Below are positions 1 to 12,987 of a stretch of DNA of 64,000 nucleotides, piece by piece. This stretch comes from Selaginella moellendorffii (taxonomy: Eukaryota > Plantae > Lycopodiophyta): positions 1,020,365-1,084,364 of the forward strand of contig NW_003314319.1 in NCBI RefSeq assembly GCF_000143415.4, in the 5' to 3' direction. The stretch's first letter is position 1. Each line of letters starts with the position of its first letter. The translations under genes and the position numbers were made by a program. The notes beneath the pieces are model-generated. The model was not told where the DNA came from. It saw only the letters and a list, made by a program, of their open reading frames with translations, and ran no database searches.

Positions 1-399
1 TACATTCGCACCAAGGACGGTGTCTAGTTTTGTTAGGGGAGCAGAGTGTATCAACCAAAAACCCAGGCTTAGGGGACTCCAACCTTGAAGCCAAAGCTGC
101 ATCAGAGCCATAGATTTCATCATGCACAGCATATACCATTCATTAGCATATAGAACTACCAGCCTTTCAAGGGAAAAATCCGAGTTGTGGATCCCCATCT
201 CCATTCATCATTTTCATATTAATATATAGTATTCATTCACTCATCTTCCTTTCTCAGCCCCTAGAGATCAAGCCCTTTTCCCCTTCTGTTTTCTCATTAG
301 TAGTAGATATCCAGCGAAGAGGAGTATCCACACCTCTTCAATAATATAAATTTTTATCAAGAAATTGTGATATATATATAGAGCAAGTTAATTATATTA

Positions 400-3300
400 T
401 TTCCAAATAAGATTTACATAACCATACATTAGGGTTAAAGTTTGTGCAAATTTTAGGGTTTAAATGATTATGGCACCTTTCACAAAATTTATGCACAGTT
501 TATATAGTTAATGATATCTTAAATTGAATATTTTATTTAAAATATTTATATTTTAATTATATTTATATTTTGTTTATAATTGTATTATGATTTCAAGGGT
601 TTTAGACCAGTTTGTGGGTATCAATTTAACAATGATAATTTTCACCCAAATTAAATTTTCAAATTAGCTTAAGGTTGGACTAAATTAGTTTTCAACAAAT
701 CATTCTTCTTCCTTTCTTTTTTCTTTCTTTAGTAGTTTTTATTGTCTCTTTTTCTTTTAACAATGTACTTTAACAATTAAAACACTCTTTGATCTATAAC
801 TTTCCTAAATCCTTTTTCACCTCTAATCAAATCTTGATGCTTTATACAAGTTATATCATGTGTTAGAGCAATCTAATACAATTATCCATTCACAACTTCA
901 ATAAATTCTTCAACATTAACAACATTTTCCTAATTTTGAGCCAAAAATTAGTATAGCAACAAAGTTTAATGGGATGTAATCCAAGTTCTATAACTTCCTC
1001 AACCAAATCAAGTTTTTAGTTACTATACAACTTAGACAATAGTCCATTTTAACTTTTTATATGAGACTTGGCTGATATTTCACTTCAACTTTTTATTATG
1101 AGACCCTTTCCTAGTTTTCGGCTCTTTTTGAAAAGAGTGATTATGTTCTTCAAGATTTTGATTTCTTTGATCAACACTTCTCTAGTATATTTAACAATAC
1201 TGATTAAAACTGAAGTACCATTAGCAGGTTATAATAATTGTGCAAAAGCTCCAAATCTGCATTTATTTATGCATTGGAATTCCAGATGGTCATCACTAAT
1301 ATTTCATGGAATAATATAGCTCTCAAGAAACAATTATACCTTGACCTTTGTGAGGTTGTTACAGATCTAGTGTTTTCTGCCTTTGTGAAGTTGTTAAAGA
1401 TCTTATGCTTTCTCATCTAAATACAATATTTCTACTGTTTACAATTAATCATTATGTTTACTATAATAATCAATATTATTAAAACATTGTCACAAATATT
1501 TTTTGTTTGCTTAAGCAAACCTGTAAGAGGACTGAGATGGTAGTGAATATACCTCAAATATGCTTGAATATTCTAGGATATTTTACCATCTAACTCATTT
1601 AGATTAATCTTGTATTTATAATTTATAAACTTTCTTAAACCCTTTCTAGTATATTCTGTTTTATTCTACCATGTGCTATAAGATTAATCTTGTGTTTATA
1701 AATTACAAAAATGCTTATAATTATAAACTTTTCTTGATCAATTAGATTAATAAGTAGGAATAACACCACTATTAAACAAACCAAATGTTACTACATAAAA
1801 CATGTAGCAAATTATTTCCTCATCCAATGGTCTTAGTCTTTGACCAACCAACACATGACCAAAATGCAATTTCAATGGAGATTAGAGCTACATGTTAACA
1901 ATGTCGTTCCAATGTTAAATGATGATGCCAAATAAAAAATCATGCAAACCACTTCCATGAACAATATCCTTTTACTCTTACGCTTGTGTGGTTGATGTAA
2001 TATATATGGTTTTAGAAAATAAAAATGTCCAATCTAATTTAATTTTTTTTTACTTAAAAACTCATTTCCTTTATTTATTTTAGCTCCATTCTTTCTTCAT
2101 GGCTCTTCAAAACATTTTTACATCACTACTCACTTCTAGTCCATTAAATCTAACATTTCCTTTGAGTTTTAGGCAACAACCAATCTTCTCTTTTAGATTT
2201 TTTTTTTCAATTCATTAAGGGTTTTGAGATATTTAAAGTTATATGTCCTTGGTTTGAGTAATACTAGCTTGTGTGATCTCCAAACTCAAAAGCTTTACAT
2301 ATGGATTATTTTCTAGAGCCCTTATAAAAGCAAGTTTTTGAGATTTTATATTTAAAATGTTTAACACAAATCCATCTTTTATTCTCTACTGTTTCAGTAT
2401 TTTATTAGTAGTTTTAATGTCTTCCCAAAAAAGAGCTTTCTCTTGACAATAAGCTCCTGATAAAAATATTTGAATGACTTCCTTAAAAACAAAATGCTAT
2501 CTTCTTTATATAATATAAAATTTTCTAAATTTTATAGTATAACTGACAAAGACATTTTATTGATGACTTTATAGATATATTTTGTTTTCTCTTCCATTTT
2601 AAAAGTGATATTTCTCAAAACTTTAACTTTAAAACTATTAACTTATGCTTTTAAAAAGATCATCTTTATTATATTAATGTCAAGTGCCTTTATATTACAT
2701 TTTATTTATATTAATATTAATGAATAATTTTAATAAAATAATAATTTTCATTATTCAACTGGAATTAGTCCATGGAGTAATAGATATAGATTGGGGAAGA
2801 AATAATACACTTACTGAGAATGATATAAATATTATTTTTGATGAATATAAAAAACTTTTATCTAAAATACCTGAATGGAAACCTTATTCAAATTTTGTTG
2901 ATTCAAATTTAATAGATATTAATGGAGGAGGTGTTGTGATAAGAATACAACGTTTAGTTGGAAATCCTCCAATTTGTTCTAGTGGAGGTACAAAAGAGAA
3001 ACCTATATTTGGAGGGTCATTACGAAGGTCATTATATGATATTTTAACAAAAGTAAAAAATGTTATATTTAATGCTAAGTCTGATGAATGTAAAATTATA
3101 TCTAATAAGTATTCTATTCGGTATGCATTGGTGAACCAATGGAAACCTTTTAGTGTTTATACAAATATAAATATAAATTATAGTCATTATGAAAATTGTC
3201 AAATTACTCAAACCACATTAAGTGCAGGATTTTCGGATCATTTATTATTTAAAGGTCAATTTTTAACTTCATCAAATGGTAAAAATATTTTATATCTAAA

Positions 3301-5190
3301 ATCGAATTGTAAATTAGCTTTATTCTCTGGAAAGAATGTTTTATGGGAATCTCCTAACAAAGTATACAATAATAACTATTGCTTTCTTAATCTTCAAAAT
3401 GATGGTAATTTAGTGTTATATACAGAAACCAAAAAAGCATTATGGTCATCTAATAAATATTGTAATGAACCATCTAATTGTGTTGTATTTACATACTTTA
3501 CTATTCAAAATGATTGTAATTTAGTAATTTACCATGCATTAGCTCAAACTAGTATTTGGTGGGCGTTAAATATACACTCATATCTAGGTTGTATTCAATA
3601 AAGTAACCATCTAATTGTTTAAATAATATATAGGGCTAATAATAAAACTGATATTTTTAGTCATTTATTAATCGTAGCTTTTAATTTGAAATCTTTGTTT
3701 TTTTTAAGAGTGCACATGACAACGTATAATTTAATAAAGGATTTTTTTAGTGATCCGTTTTAAACCTTATGTTTTCATACATTCGTTTTTAAATACTTTA
3801 TATAATTGATTACTGTATATAGCTCATTTAAAATCTACTTGACATTCTATTATGTTCATTATTATTATAAAGATTGAGATCACTCTTAATGAGCCCTACT
3901 CATAAAGAAAAAGTGAAACTCTTTAGAAATTTTGCCTATAGATGAAAATAATATTACCCACTAAATGCAATCAGCAAAGGTCATGTAAACTAAGAATCTC
4001 ATGCTAATAAATGGTAAGAGAGACCATAGAGGTGGAATTATTGAACACAGAAGCTATATGTTTGGTAAATCTTTGTTTTACACTTAGTAATAGCTTCACA
4101 ACTTTAACATTGTCACAGCTTCAGTGTTTCTTGAGGTGCCATAGACTCTTTTAATCAGCATTGCTGCTCACCATTGCAGGCAATGATCCCGAAGCACAAA
4201 AAAATTATGGCTCTGAGGAAATGCAATTTAGGCAAGAACAAACATATAAATACCAATATTAATTATGATATAATTTCAAAATTATACAAATATATAAATA
4301 CTACTCTATAATAGACTTATAAATAAATATTAATCCTATATTAGTAATACTCTTCTAATACCATGCTATAGAAAATTTGGTTTTGATGACCACAAAGCAA
4401 ATCTAAATCCTTAAACACAAGTGCTAAAGACAAAAGAGTGGAACAAAGGCTTTAGGCATTAGATGAAAAGATGGAGCCACACTCCTAGTGTATAAATTGA
4501 GGAATAAAGGCATAGGAACATATAGAAACCCTATAGCAATCCCAAAACATTCTAGATTCTAACACTGAAATTAGTGTGCAAAATAAAGTTAAATAGAGTT
4601 TGGTGTAATTTCAAGATATATACTAATGGCCTAATGCATGTATATAAATACGCCACCAAGTTAGAGCAAAATAATGAGCAACATTAAATAAATCATTAGT
4701 AGCAAAACAACTGATAATTACTTTTCAATTTTCTTTCATAAGACTCAAATATTAAACTCATATGATGAAATTATAGACTGTATGACTACTTGAATATGAC
4801 TGAACAGTAATATGCTGAAATTTAATGTCAAAGAAAAATGATATAGATATCTATTAATTCAAGTACTATACTATAGAAGCATACTACTAATAATAAATAT
4901 TGTCAAAATAAAAATATTGTGAGGTCCAAATGTATAGCTACAATGTTATATACTAATATTAGCATAGTGGGATTTTGATAGTTATCAGATTGATTTCAAT
5001 TCACCACTCACTCTTATTTATAAATTTAATATATTTTGAGCTAATTAATATGCACATTTCTTTATTCCATTTCCATATTTAATATACTCACAATATGTTA
5101 TTAAAATAATATTTATATTAATTGTATTAAACAGCAATCATTTAAATTACATTATAATTATTATATTTTTGACAATATAAAGATACCCTC
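400..5190. other. Strongly AT-rich island (decayed TE or foreign DNA) containing the lectin ORF
   Basis: Composition is visibly far more AT-rich than the genes downstream, with an abrupt change near 5190. Flanking frames are full of TAA/TAG/TGA. Confidence 0.6.
2720..3601 (+). CDS. Intronless putative secreted protein: unknown N-terminal domain plus C-terminal bulb-type (GNA/B-type) mannose-binding lectin
   Basis: Open frame 2684-3601, first ATG at 2720 followed by a short hydrophobic leader (MNNFNKIIIFIIQLELVHG). Two QxDxNxVxY motifs (QNDGNLVLY, QNDCNLVIY) plus a degenerate first site (KSNCKLALF), and LWES/LWSS motifs. Confidence 0.8.
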   Translation: MNNFNKIIIFIIQLELVHGVIDIDWGRNNTLTENDINIIFDEYKKLLSKIPEWKPYSNFVDSNLIDINGGGVVIRIQRLVGNPPICSSGGTKEKPIFGGSLRRSLYDILTKVKNVIFNAKSDECKIISNKYSIRYALVNQWKPFSVYTNININYSHYENCQITQTTLSAGFSDHLLFKGQFLTSSNGKNILYLKSNCKLALFSGKNVLWESPNKVYNNNYCFLNLQNDGNLVLYTETKKALWSSNKYCNEPSNCVVFTYFTIQNDCNLVIYHALAQTSIWWALNIHSYLGCIQ

Positions 5191-5251
5191 TAGACATTGA
5201 CTTCTTTTACATGAACTGCGTCGCTAAACACCATAAGTGAAACACACCACA

Positions 5252-8200
5252 CTACCTCGTTTGAAACTTGCCGAATCTCATACTATACTTGCTTGGTAGG
5301 ACTCTCGTCAAGGCAACGTCAAAATGCGAGGCGCCCACTGCTACGGAGTCCAAATCTTCCTGAAACGTTGGGTTACACGAAATCTTACAATCAAGACTGC
5401 TTCAGGGCATACTAACCTCCAAAGCAGCCAGTGCAGCTTCTCGACAAACAGCAGCAATATCCGCTCCAGTGTAACTTTCCGTGTAAGAAGCCAAGACATC
5501 AACTGAGACATCGGCCTTGCACGGGGTGTTCTTCATGTGAATCTCAAATATTTGCTGCCTGGCTGCTCTATCTGGAGGACCAACGTAAATAAGCCGATCA
5601 AATCTTCCTGCAGAGGACAACTAGGAAAAATGAGAAAGAAAGAAACAATTTAGTACCAGGACGAAGAAGCGCGGGATCAAGCTTATCTGGCCTGTTGGTG
5701 GCAGCAATCACTGAGACTCCATTCCGCAGAGACACTCCTGCATATAACGCTCAAAGTCAGATGAGAAAAGATGGCAGCATGCAACAGCAGCAACCGATTT
5801 ACCATCCATCTCGATCAATAACTGGCTCATGACACGGTCTTCGACAGATATGCCATCAGTTCTGCCACCTCCGGAGCTTCTGGTGATAGCCAGACCGTCA
5901 ATCTCGTCGAAGAAAACAACCGACGGTGCAGCAGCCTTGGCCCGGGCAAACAGTGCTCGCACAGCTTTTTCGGACTCTCCAACCCATTTGCTGAAGAGTT
6001 CGGGCCCTTTTACAGCAATAAAATTTAGTCCGGTCTCTGCTGCCACTGCACGAGCCATCATTGTCTTGCTACACCCTGGAGGCCCGTAGAGCAGAACTCC
6101 TCTTGGCGGTGTGGTTCCTATCCGCGCGAAAGAGTCTTGGTGCTTGTGAGGCCATTCCACAATTTCCTTAAGCTGTTGCTTTACGGCACTTTGTCCACCG
6201 ATGTCACTCCAGCGAACTTTAGGGACCTCAAGGATGACCTGTCAACAAAGCTGAAATGAGCCTGAAAGTTGATCAAAACAAGCATATAAATACTTCTCTC
6301 ATTGCACTTGGTCTGATCTTTTCGCTGGCCAGCTCGAAGTCCTCTCGTCCAACGCTGAGTGAAGATGCAGACTCAGTTTTCGAATGGACATGACGACGCA
6401 ATGCACCAAGTGCTGCCTCGTTGCAAAGTGCACTTAAATCAGCACCAACAAAACCGTGTGTTGCACTGGCAAGGGCCTGCACATCTTCACTGCTTAGCGT
6501 GTGTTTGAGTCTCGAAAGATGGACTTGTAAGATTTCAAGTCGGCCTTTAGGCGTTGGTACACCTGCTTAATCCCGGTTAGAGGAGCAAATAAATTTTCAT
6601 TTCAATATTACCGATTTCGATTTCGTAATCAAATCTCCCATGACGCCTCAAAGCCGGATCTATACTCTCTGGACGGTTTGTTGCGGCAATAACAAGAACA
6701 CCGTTCTGGTGCACGCCATCCATGGACGTGAGAAGAGTGGCCATCAAGCGTTGTCCAAGTCCTTCACTGCCTTCTCTACGTTGTGGCGTGATTGCATCCA
6801 GTTCGTCTATAAAAACCTTTAGAAAGCTACGTTAATGGAAAACATAAGAAGCCAGTAAGGAATCTTACCACCGAAGGTGCTTCCCGGGCAGCTAAATCAA
6901 AGATGGCTTTCATTGCCGCCTCGCTTTCGCCGTGGTACTCAGTCACTATTTCAGGGCCATTGATTACGAGCATTTTTACGCCTGCTTCCTTTGCAACAGC
7001 TTGCGCGAGGGAAGTCTTTCCAGTTCCTGGAGGTCCATACAAAAGTACTCCTTTCGTTCTCTTTAAACAGTACCTGGAAAATTTTCAGTACCACTTCAAA
7101 ACAATGTGAAGCAGCAACACATACCTCGCCAACGTTTCTGGCTTGAGCAAAGAATACTGCACAATTTCCTTGAGAGTTTCAATCTCCTCCGATAATCCAC
7201 CAAGCGCAGAATAGGATGACGTAGTTTCCGTGAAAAGCCGAGTTCTGGTTTCCACCGTATCAGACTCTGTCAAAACGCTTTCTTCATCCAACTGAATGCT
7301 TACAGCCGTCTTGTGATTCGTAAAGTAAAGAATCCCGCCTGGGTTGTTCGCTTGCAGTGACAAGCCTTGGAGCGTCTCGCTCAAATCTAGCTCTTGAGAA
7401 GTCAAGCTCTCTGCCGCCTTTACGTGAAAGACACAGTCACTCCCACAAACCGGCACAGTAACCATATTTCCCACAAGTAGAAGCCTCCCGGATAGCCAAC
7501 GAGCTGCCAGCTTTTCAATAACTTCCTTCATCTTCGATGATCCACCTGTCAAGTAACTCCTTGCTGCCGCACTGCTTATCTCTCTGATCCCGGTTGTAGA
7601 CTTCGCAGGAGGCGGAGTCTTCAAAGGAGATCCCTTGAACGGAGAAACTTTGAATGGAGAACTGGGAGCCGCTAACTCCTTCTCCAACTCCGAGTGTTCT
7701 AATGCAAAGCTAAAAGATCCTTGGCATATTTGAAGAGAGAGATGCTTACACTCTTGGATAGCTGCAACGCATTCTCCTTCACCAGAGCGTGGCAAATGCA
7801 AAAGGTTGGCGATGTCACGGGAGCGGCATGTAGCTCGTAGAGAACTGATCAAGAGAACTGAGCCGAGAGCCGGGCAGCCAAGCGTTTGAGAAAGATGCGA
7901 TGAAAGACGAACGTTGTTCTTGACAAGCTGGAAAGAAGAAGACCAGAGACTTAGAAGGCTATATGGTAAGAAGATCACGTAACTTTACCGTTTTGGAAGG
8001 CCATACAGCTCCAACCGCGAACACTCCTCCGACTTGCTCTTGCGACGCACAGCTCGCATTGCAAAGTAATTCCAACGAATGTGGCTCTCCAGAATCCGCC
8101 GATCGAGGCGACACCGCGACCTGTTCACATTCGCAATGAGATTGCGGGAACGCAAAAGTATTATAATTCTCACCGAGACGAGCTGCGACACCGAGATCGA

Positions 8201-8410
8201 AGCCTCGAGCATCGCCGCATCGGACATCCACATAATGGCGGACGATCCACTCGCAAATGCGGCCGAAACGACGCCTCTGTACGCATTGCTTGCAAGAAGA
8301 TCAAACCTGTCACCGGAAACTGTAGATCGAGCCGATTCCTCCGCTTGATAGCCACCAGGCGAGGCAGGAACTGGCGGCGAAGACGCGATTGACGAGCGCT
8401 TCCTGGCCAT
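5252..8410 (-). CDS. CIP111: Double-AAA ATPase of the CDC48/AFG2 (SPATA5, plant CIP111) family, multi-exon
   Basis: Two Walker A motifs (YGPPGTGKT; YGPPGCSKT, typical of AFG2 D2), Walker [23 protein letters not shown]. The last exon [17 protein letters not shown]...FQTR* ends at 5252. Confidence 0.88.
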
Positions 8411-8770
8411 GGCGCGCTAGAACCCTAAAATCCTAAAACCTAAAACCCTTGCCACGTCGGAAAGGGTAAAAGAAATGTGGCCATATGGCGTCATGTGATT
8501 CAGCCGGCCCAAGGCGCCGAATGACGTGGCATCGGCGCGCGCGGAACTAGGTCAAAAAAATTCCTGGAAATCGGGAAGAACACGAGATAGAAGCTGGGGG
8601 AGCGTTTCCCTGTGGAACTAGATAGGGAATGGAACGGCAGGGACAGGATCACCGGCATTTCATCGAGCTTTTACTGCTGATCTTCATCATACCCTGGACG
8701 GCCACGAATTTCTGGGAGTAGATCCTAAGGAGAGAATAGAGAAAGAGAGGAAGGTTTCTAGGATTGTAGC
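8411..8770. promoter_or_regulatory. Divergent (probably bidirectional) promoter between the AAA ATPase and PACRG
   Basis: 360 bp between opposing ATGs. Telo-box-like AACCCTAAA repeats at 8421-8449 and ACGT-core boxes (GCCACGTC about 8451, TGACGTGGC about 8522). Confidence 0.55.
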
Positions 8771-9994
8771 ATGGCTTCGGATGACATTGCTGGATCGCTC
8801 TTCGCGTTTGAGTATGCCGATATCAAGCTCAATGGAAAGCCCGGATTGAAGAAGACGAAGTATTCACTCACGCCATTCGATCGAACCCTTCCTGTGCCGG
8901 TGAGTGGAAAATCTCTCAATTGATCCTTCTTCTTCTTTTCTTCTTACGATTTTCGTTCCAAATTAGTATCATAGAAGGGCTGGGCGTCACGAACCAATTC
9001 TTCTAACAGAGAAGGAACTCCCATACTGGGCAGCTACCGGGGAGTACAGGTAAAACAAAGCTTCCATACAAACTTAGAAGGAATCTCTGGAACTCTTTGT
9101 TGCTCACAGGCATCGCATTCCAAGGAAGTATCCTTGTGACTTTACGAGAAAAGGAGATGGCGAAAAGCTTCGAAGAGGGGAGCTCACGAAGCCTGTCCCG
9201 AAAGCCGAGCCACCCTGTGCGATGGCTTTCAGGAAACGGGATAATCCACCAAACAGTCTCGTGAGTTTTGCCTTGTTCTTCTTCTTGCGGGCTCAAACTT
9301 TGCCTCTTCTCGACAGTTTAGAAAACTCTACGAGCGAGGAGATTTGCCGATCCAAGTGGATCACAGCACTGCAAAGATTGCGCTCTTGTGGAAAACGGAT
9401 GTAAAAAAGCTTGACTATCACCACTACCTTCCCATCTTTTTCGAAGGAATTCGGGAGAAGGAAGACCCATACCGGTTCATTGCCGTCAAGGGGTCCGAAG
9501 ATCTTCTCAAGGTTCTTAGATGTTTGCTTCATGGCTTTTCTAATCTAACCACCATCGCTTGAACAGACCGGACAAGGTAAAATCCTCGCGTGTGTTCCGC
9601 AGCTCATAATTCCGATCAAAACAGCTCTCAACACCAGAGATCCGGGAGTTATCACCATAGCTCTCCAGGTATCGTCATGTTCTTGTGATCTTTCTCTTTC
9701 GCAGCTAATTCCTTGTTTGTTTGCTTGCAGTTGCTATGCAAACTCGTCGTATCCGAGGAATTGATCGGCCAGTCCCTCGTCCCATACTACCGCCAGCTCC
9801 TCCCGATCCTCAACATCTTCAAAAACAACGTGAGAAACTTGGGAGGCCACATCGACTACGGCCAGCAAAAGAAGAACTGCATGGGCGAACTGGTGGAGAA
9901 AACTCTGGAGCTCTTCGAGACGCACGGCGGCGAGGACGCCTTCATCAACATCAAGTACATGGTCCCCACATATGAATCCTGCGTCATGGGATAG
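8771..9994 (+). CDS. PACRG: Parkin co-regulated protein (axonemal inner-junction protein), multi-exon
   Basis: [39 protein letters not shown] and the C-terminus [19 protein letters not shown] are PACRG signatures. GT-AG introns. Confidence 0.93.
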
Positions 9995-10149
9995 AAGATC
10001 TCGTTCCCAGAGCTCTCTAAGTAGTAGTCAAGGAGTGATAAAGGTTCCTCCATTTTTGTATCTCTTCTATTCCATTTTTTTCTATGTAGAGCATTTCGTT
10101 GTTATTGTAACTTCCATTACAAATCCATAGCTAGCTATGGACTTGGACT

Positions 10150-11130
10150 TGTCATGGAAGTGTCCAGAAACAAGCACTCACTGGAAAACTACAAGCAGCC
10201 GAGTGAAAAGTCCACTCCTTGCTGCTGATACTATAGCTCACCAGGTTTTCTACCAGCCCTCCTCGTCAACCAGCACCGCCCACAAAGTGTCGCCACCATC
10301 GCAGTGAAACCCGTTCTTCCGTAGTCACCACTTGGCATTTGTTACTCTCGGCCACAAAGCGCCATACTCCCACAGTGTACGTCTGCGGCCGCCACTGAAC
10401 AGCCAAAGTAGTCCAGGCATTCCACGTCCATAGTTGACCACCGCACTGGATCATCCCTCCCAGTCCCACAAAGCTGGGAATGTCACCTGGTCGGGCCACG
10501 GTCGTCTGGTCGCTTAAAGAGTACGACACAATCGAAATGTCAACGTTCTCGTTGTGGTAGAGCGTGTCGACAAAGTGAACTACGGGAGAACCCTTGTAAT
10601 TGGCGACGGGTTCCCACGTCAACCACTGACCTGCCTCGGTCTTGTCTTCGTAGACCACAACTTCGCCGGCGCCGCTGACGCTGATGATCTGGTCTTGACG
10701 TGGCAAGGGTCCACCTATATGGAAACACTACGTCATCCCACTTACGGTCAAACCAACAGCCTGCCCGGGCAGTCGGTCGTCGCGCACACGAGCTTTCCGC
10801 CGGCTGCCCCAACCAAGCCGGAGGATCTAGGCAGAGAGCAAGATTCCGGCAGCCATGCCCAGCTCCCGTCCCGCGTGTCATACGCGATGAGCTGGCCTGG
10901 CAGGGACACGGGGGCAGTCGACGGACAGCGTGGCATTCCACGCCCTGGAACGAGAGGGGGAGCCTCTCGAGCACCAACTCCTGGATGAGCCATAGATCGT
11001 GCTCATGGTCGAGATAATCTTGGTGCTGGATCATTAACCGCTGCTGAGACTTGTAATGGCCCAAGCGGCCCAGCGACGTTGGAAGATTCAGGAGCTTTGA
11101 GCGCCACCAGAGGGCTGGCGGCAATGGATC
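10150..11130 (-). pseudogene. Frameshifted F-box/kelch-like gene, paralog of 28234-29505
   Basis: Colinear nucleotide similarity to the 28.2-29.4 kb gene (e.g. cctgcccgggcagtcggtcgtcgcgcacacgag in both). Homologous peptide is split over three frames and carries deletions. Confidence 0.85.
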
Positions 11131-11775
11131 ATTGACGGGTGACAGCTCACAAGTTTGAGGGTTGGAGGGAAAACAAGCGACGGGTATATAAAAAGGTTTT
11201 TCTCGCTGCAGCGAGTGACATCCTTCTACAGGAAAGCCGAGACGAGATATGCTGGAAATCCTCGATCGGGAGCAAGAAATTCCTCACCTACACGGTCGCA
11301 TTGCCTCATTGATCGATTAGGATTTTCAGAATTCTGACGAAGCAAGATCCTTCTAGTATATACAAAAGACTTTCATGTAAGCAGCCAAATCCCGAGTCTG
11401 TCCTCCGGTATGGCAAGGAGGCTAAATCCCCTGGTATGGCAAGGAGACCGAGCAGCTAAATCCCGAGTGAAACAAATAAGGAGTACTTGTTTCACTTCCT
11501 TCAGTCCTAGGCTTTCACTCTTCATCCAAGAGTCGGGAGAGATCACTCATCAGCCTGGACAGGTGTAAAATGAATTTTTCAGGCGAAGTTTCGTAGCTGA
11601 ATGTCATATCATATAGATCACACGGCGACTTGGCAGCTCTCGACTCGAGCTTCTTAGATTTGTAGTAGGGAGAAGAAGTTCAAGCGTCGCTACGAGACAG
11701 CTAAGTTACTATCAAATCACAGCGCTCATTCTATGTAAACAAAGGAACACCAAGTCGATTTGTCAGAAGCTGCTT

Positions 11776-12987
11776 TCATCCGAGCTTGCTCAGATCGCAG
11801 GGCCAGTAGAGGGAACCGTTCATATTGGAGACCCACAGGCATGCGCCGGCTTGCTTCTCGTCCACAATCAGCTCCAGTATCGCTGGGAACATGGCAAAGA
11901 GAACGAAAAACGTGACAAACATTGAAAGGAAAGGTAAGTTACCTTGGATTATCTTTTCCATTGGTATGAATCCACCAGTCGCAGCGATCATCTCCTTGGG
12001 GACAATGTCAGTCATGGGCGTTTCAGTGAACTGAAACATCAGCAATATTTCGTGTCAAGTTCGCTCTATCCTGCCAAGAGAAAGAAAGCAAAATGGATGA
12101 ACTACAAACCCCGGGACACAGGACGTTCGCTCGAATTCCTTCGCTCTGTAGTTCCACGAGCGACCTTGTGAACTGTACCAGTCCACCTTTGATCGTCCAA
12201 AAGAAGAAAAGAAAGAAACACAACTTAACAAAGGGACCTGGAGAAAAAGAAACGACCATTACCTTTGGATGCAGCGTAGATCGGATACAAAGGGACAGGA
12301 AAGAGTCCCGCAGCCGAAGCAAGATTGACAATGGCTCCTCCGGGACTGTCCTGGGACCTCATAGCTTGGATCTGTTCAAACGATCCAGAGATGGTTACAT
12401 GAAGTACCTTAAGTTGTACTGGAAATCTCTTCGAGGATTGAGACTTACTGCTTGGATCGTGCATTCAATGGCTGCCATGAGGTTCACGCTCAAGACCTTG
12501 CGCCATTTCGCATCGCTCACGAAGTCGCCCTGCTCGGAGATCCCCGCACAGTTGACGCACGCGTCCAGCCTCGCGAAGGTTGCGTTGTGCTCCTTGAACG
12601 CCTTTGCGACTTGGGCTGGGATAGAACAGGAGAAATTAAACATCATACAAAAAGTCATGCCGACGATCCCTCACCTGGATCGCAGACATCGCACTCGACG
12701 AAAATGGCAGAGGGAGGGTTCATCAGCTTCTGGTGCTCCTCTCTCACCAAGCTCAGCGTTCGCAGCCCATTCTCACGTGACAGATCCACAATTGTGATGC
12801 TGGCACCGAGTCTCGCAAGGTCCAGCGCCAGCGCCCTCCCTGGAAGAGCCACAAACACGAAGTAAACGCTTCGATCGAGTCAATCTAAAATCTTTCCAGC
12901 CGAGAAATTCTTTTCTTTAACAAGAGATGTACCAATGCCGGATCCAGCGCCAGTGATGAGGACGCAGGAGCCATCTCCAACCTTCAT
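11776..12987 (-). CDS. Short-chain dehydrogenase/reductase (15-hydroxyprostaglandin-DH-like), multi-exon
   Basis: MKVGDGSCVLITGAGSGIG Rossmann motif, VNCAG, IVNLASAAG, catalytic YAASK, GIRANVLCP. Confidence 0.88.

Noticed and set aside
31-340. Possible solo LTR (TGTTAG...TTCA)
   Set aside because: Flanks (agttt / ataat) form no TSD, and there is no PBS, PPT or second copy.
9126-9135. GTATCCTT as a U12 donor in PACRG
   Set aside because: It lies within an open exon (RKYPCDF) bounded by normal GT-AG sites.
11385-11470. Short direct repeats (ggtatggcaaggag, ctaaatccc) resembling a CRISPR-like array
   Set aside because: Only 2-3 irregular copies with no spacer periodicity, in a eukaryotic context.
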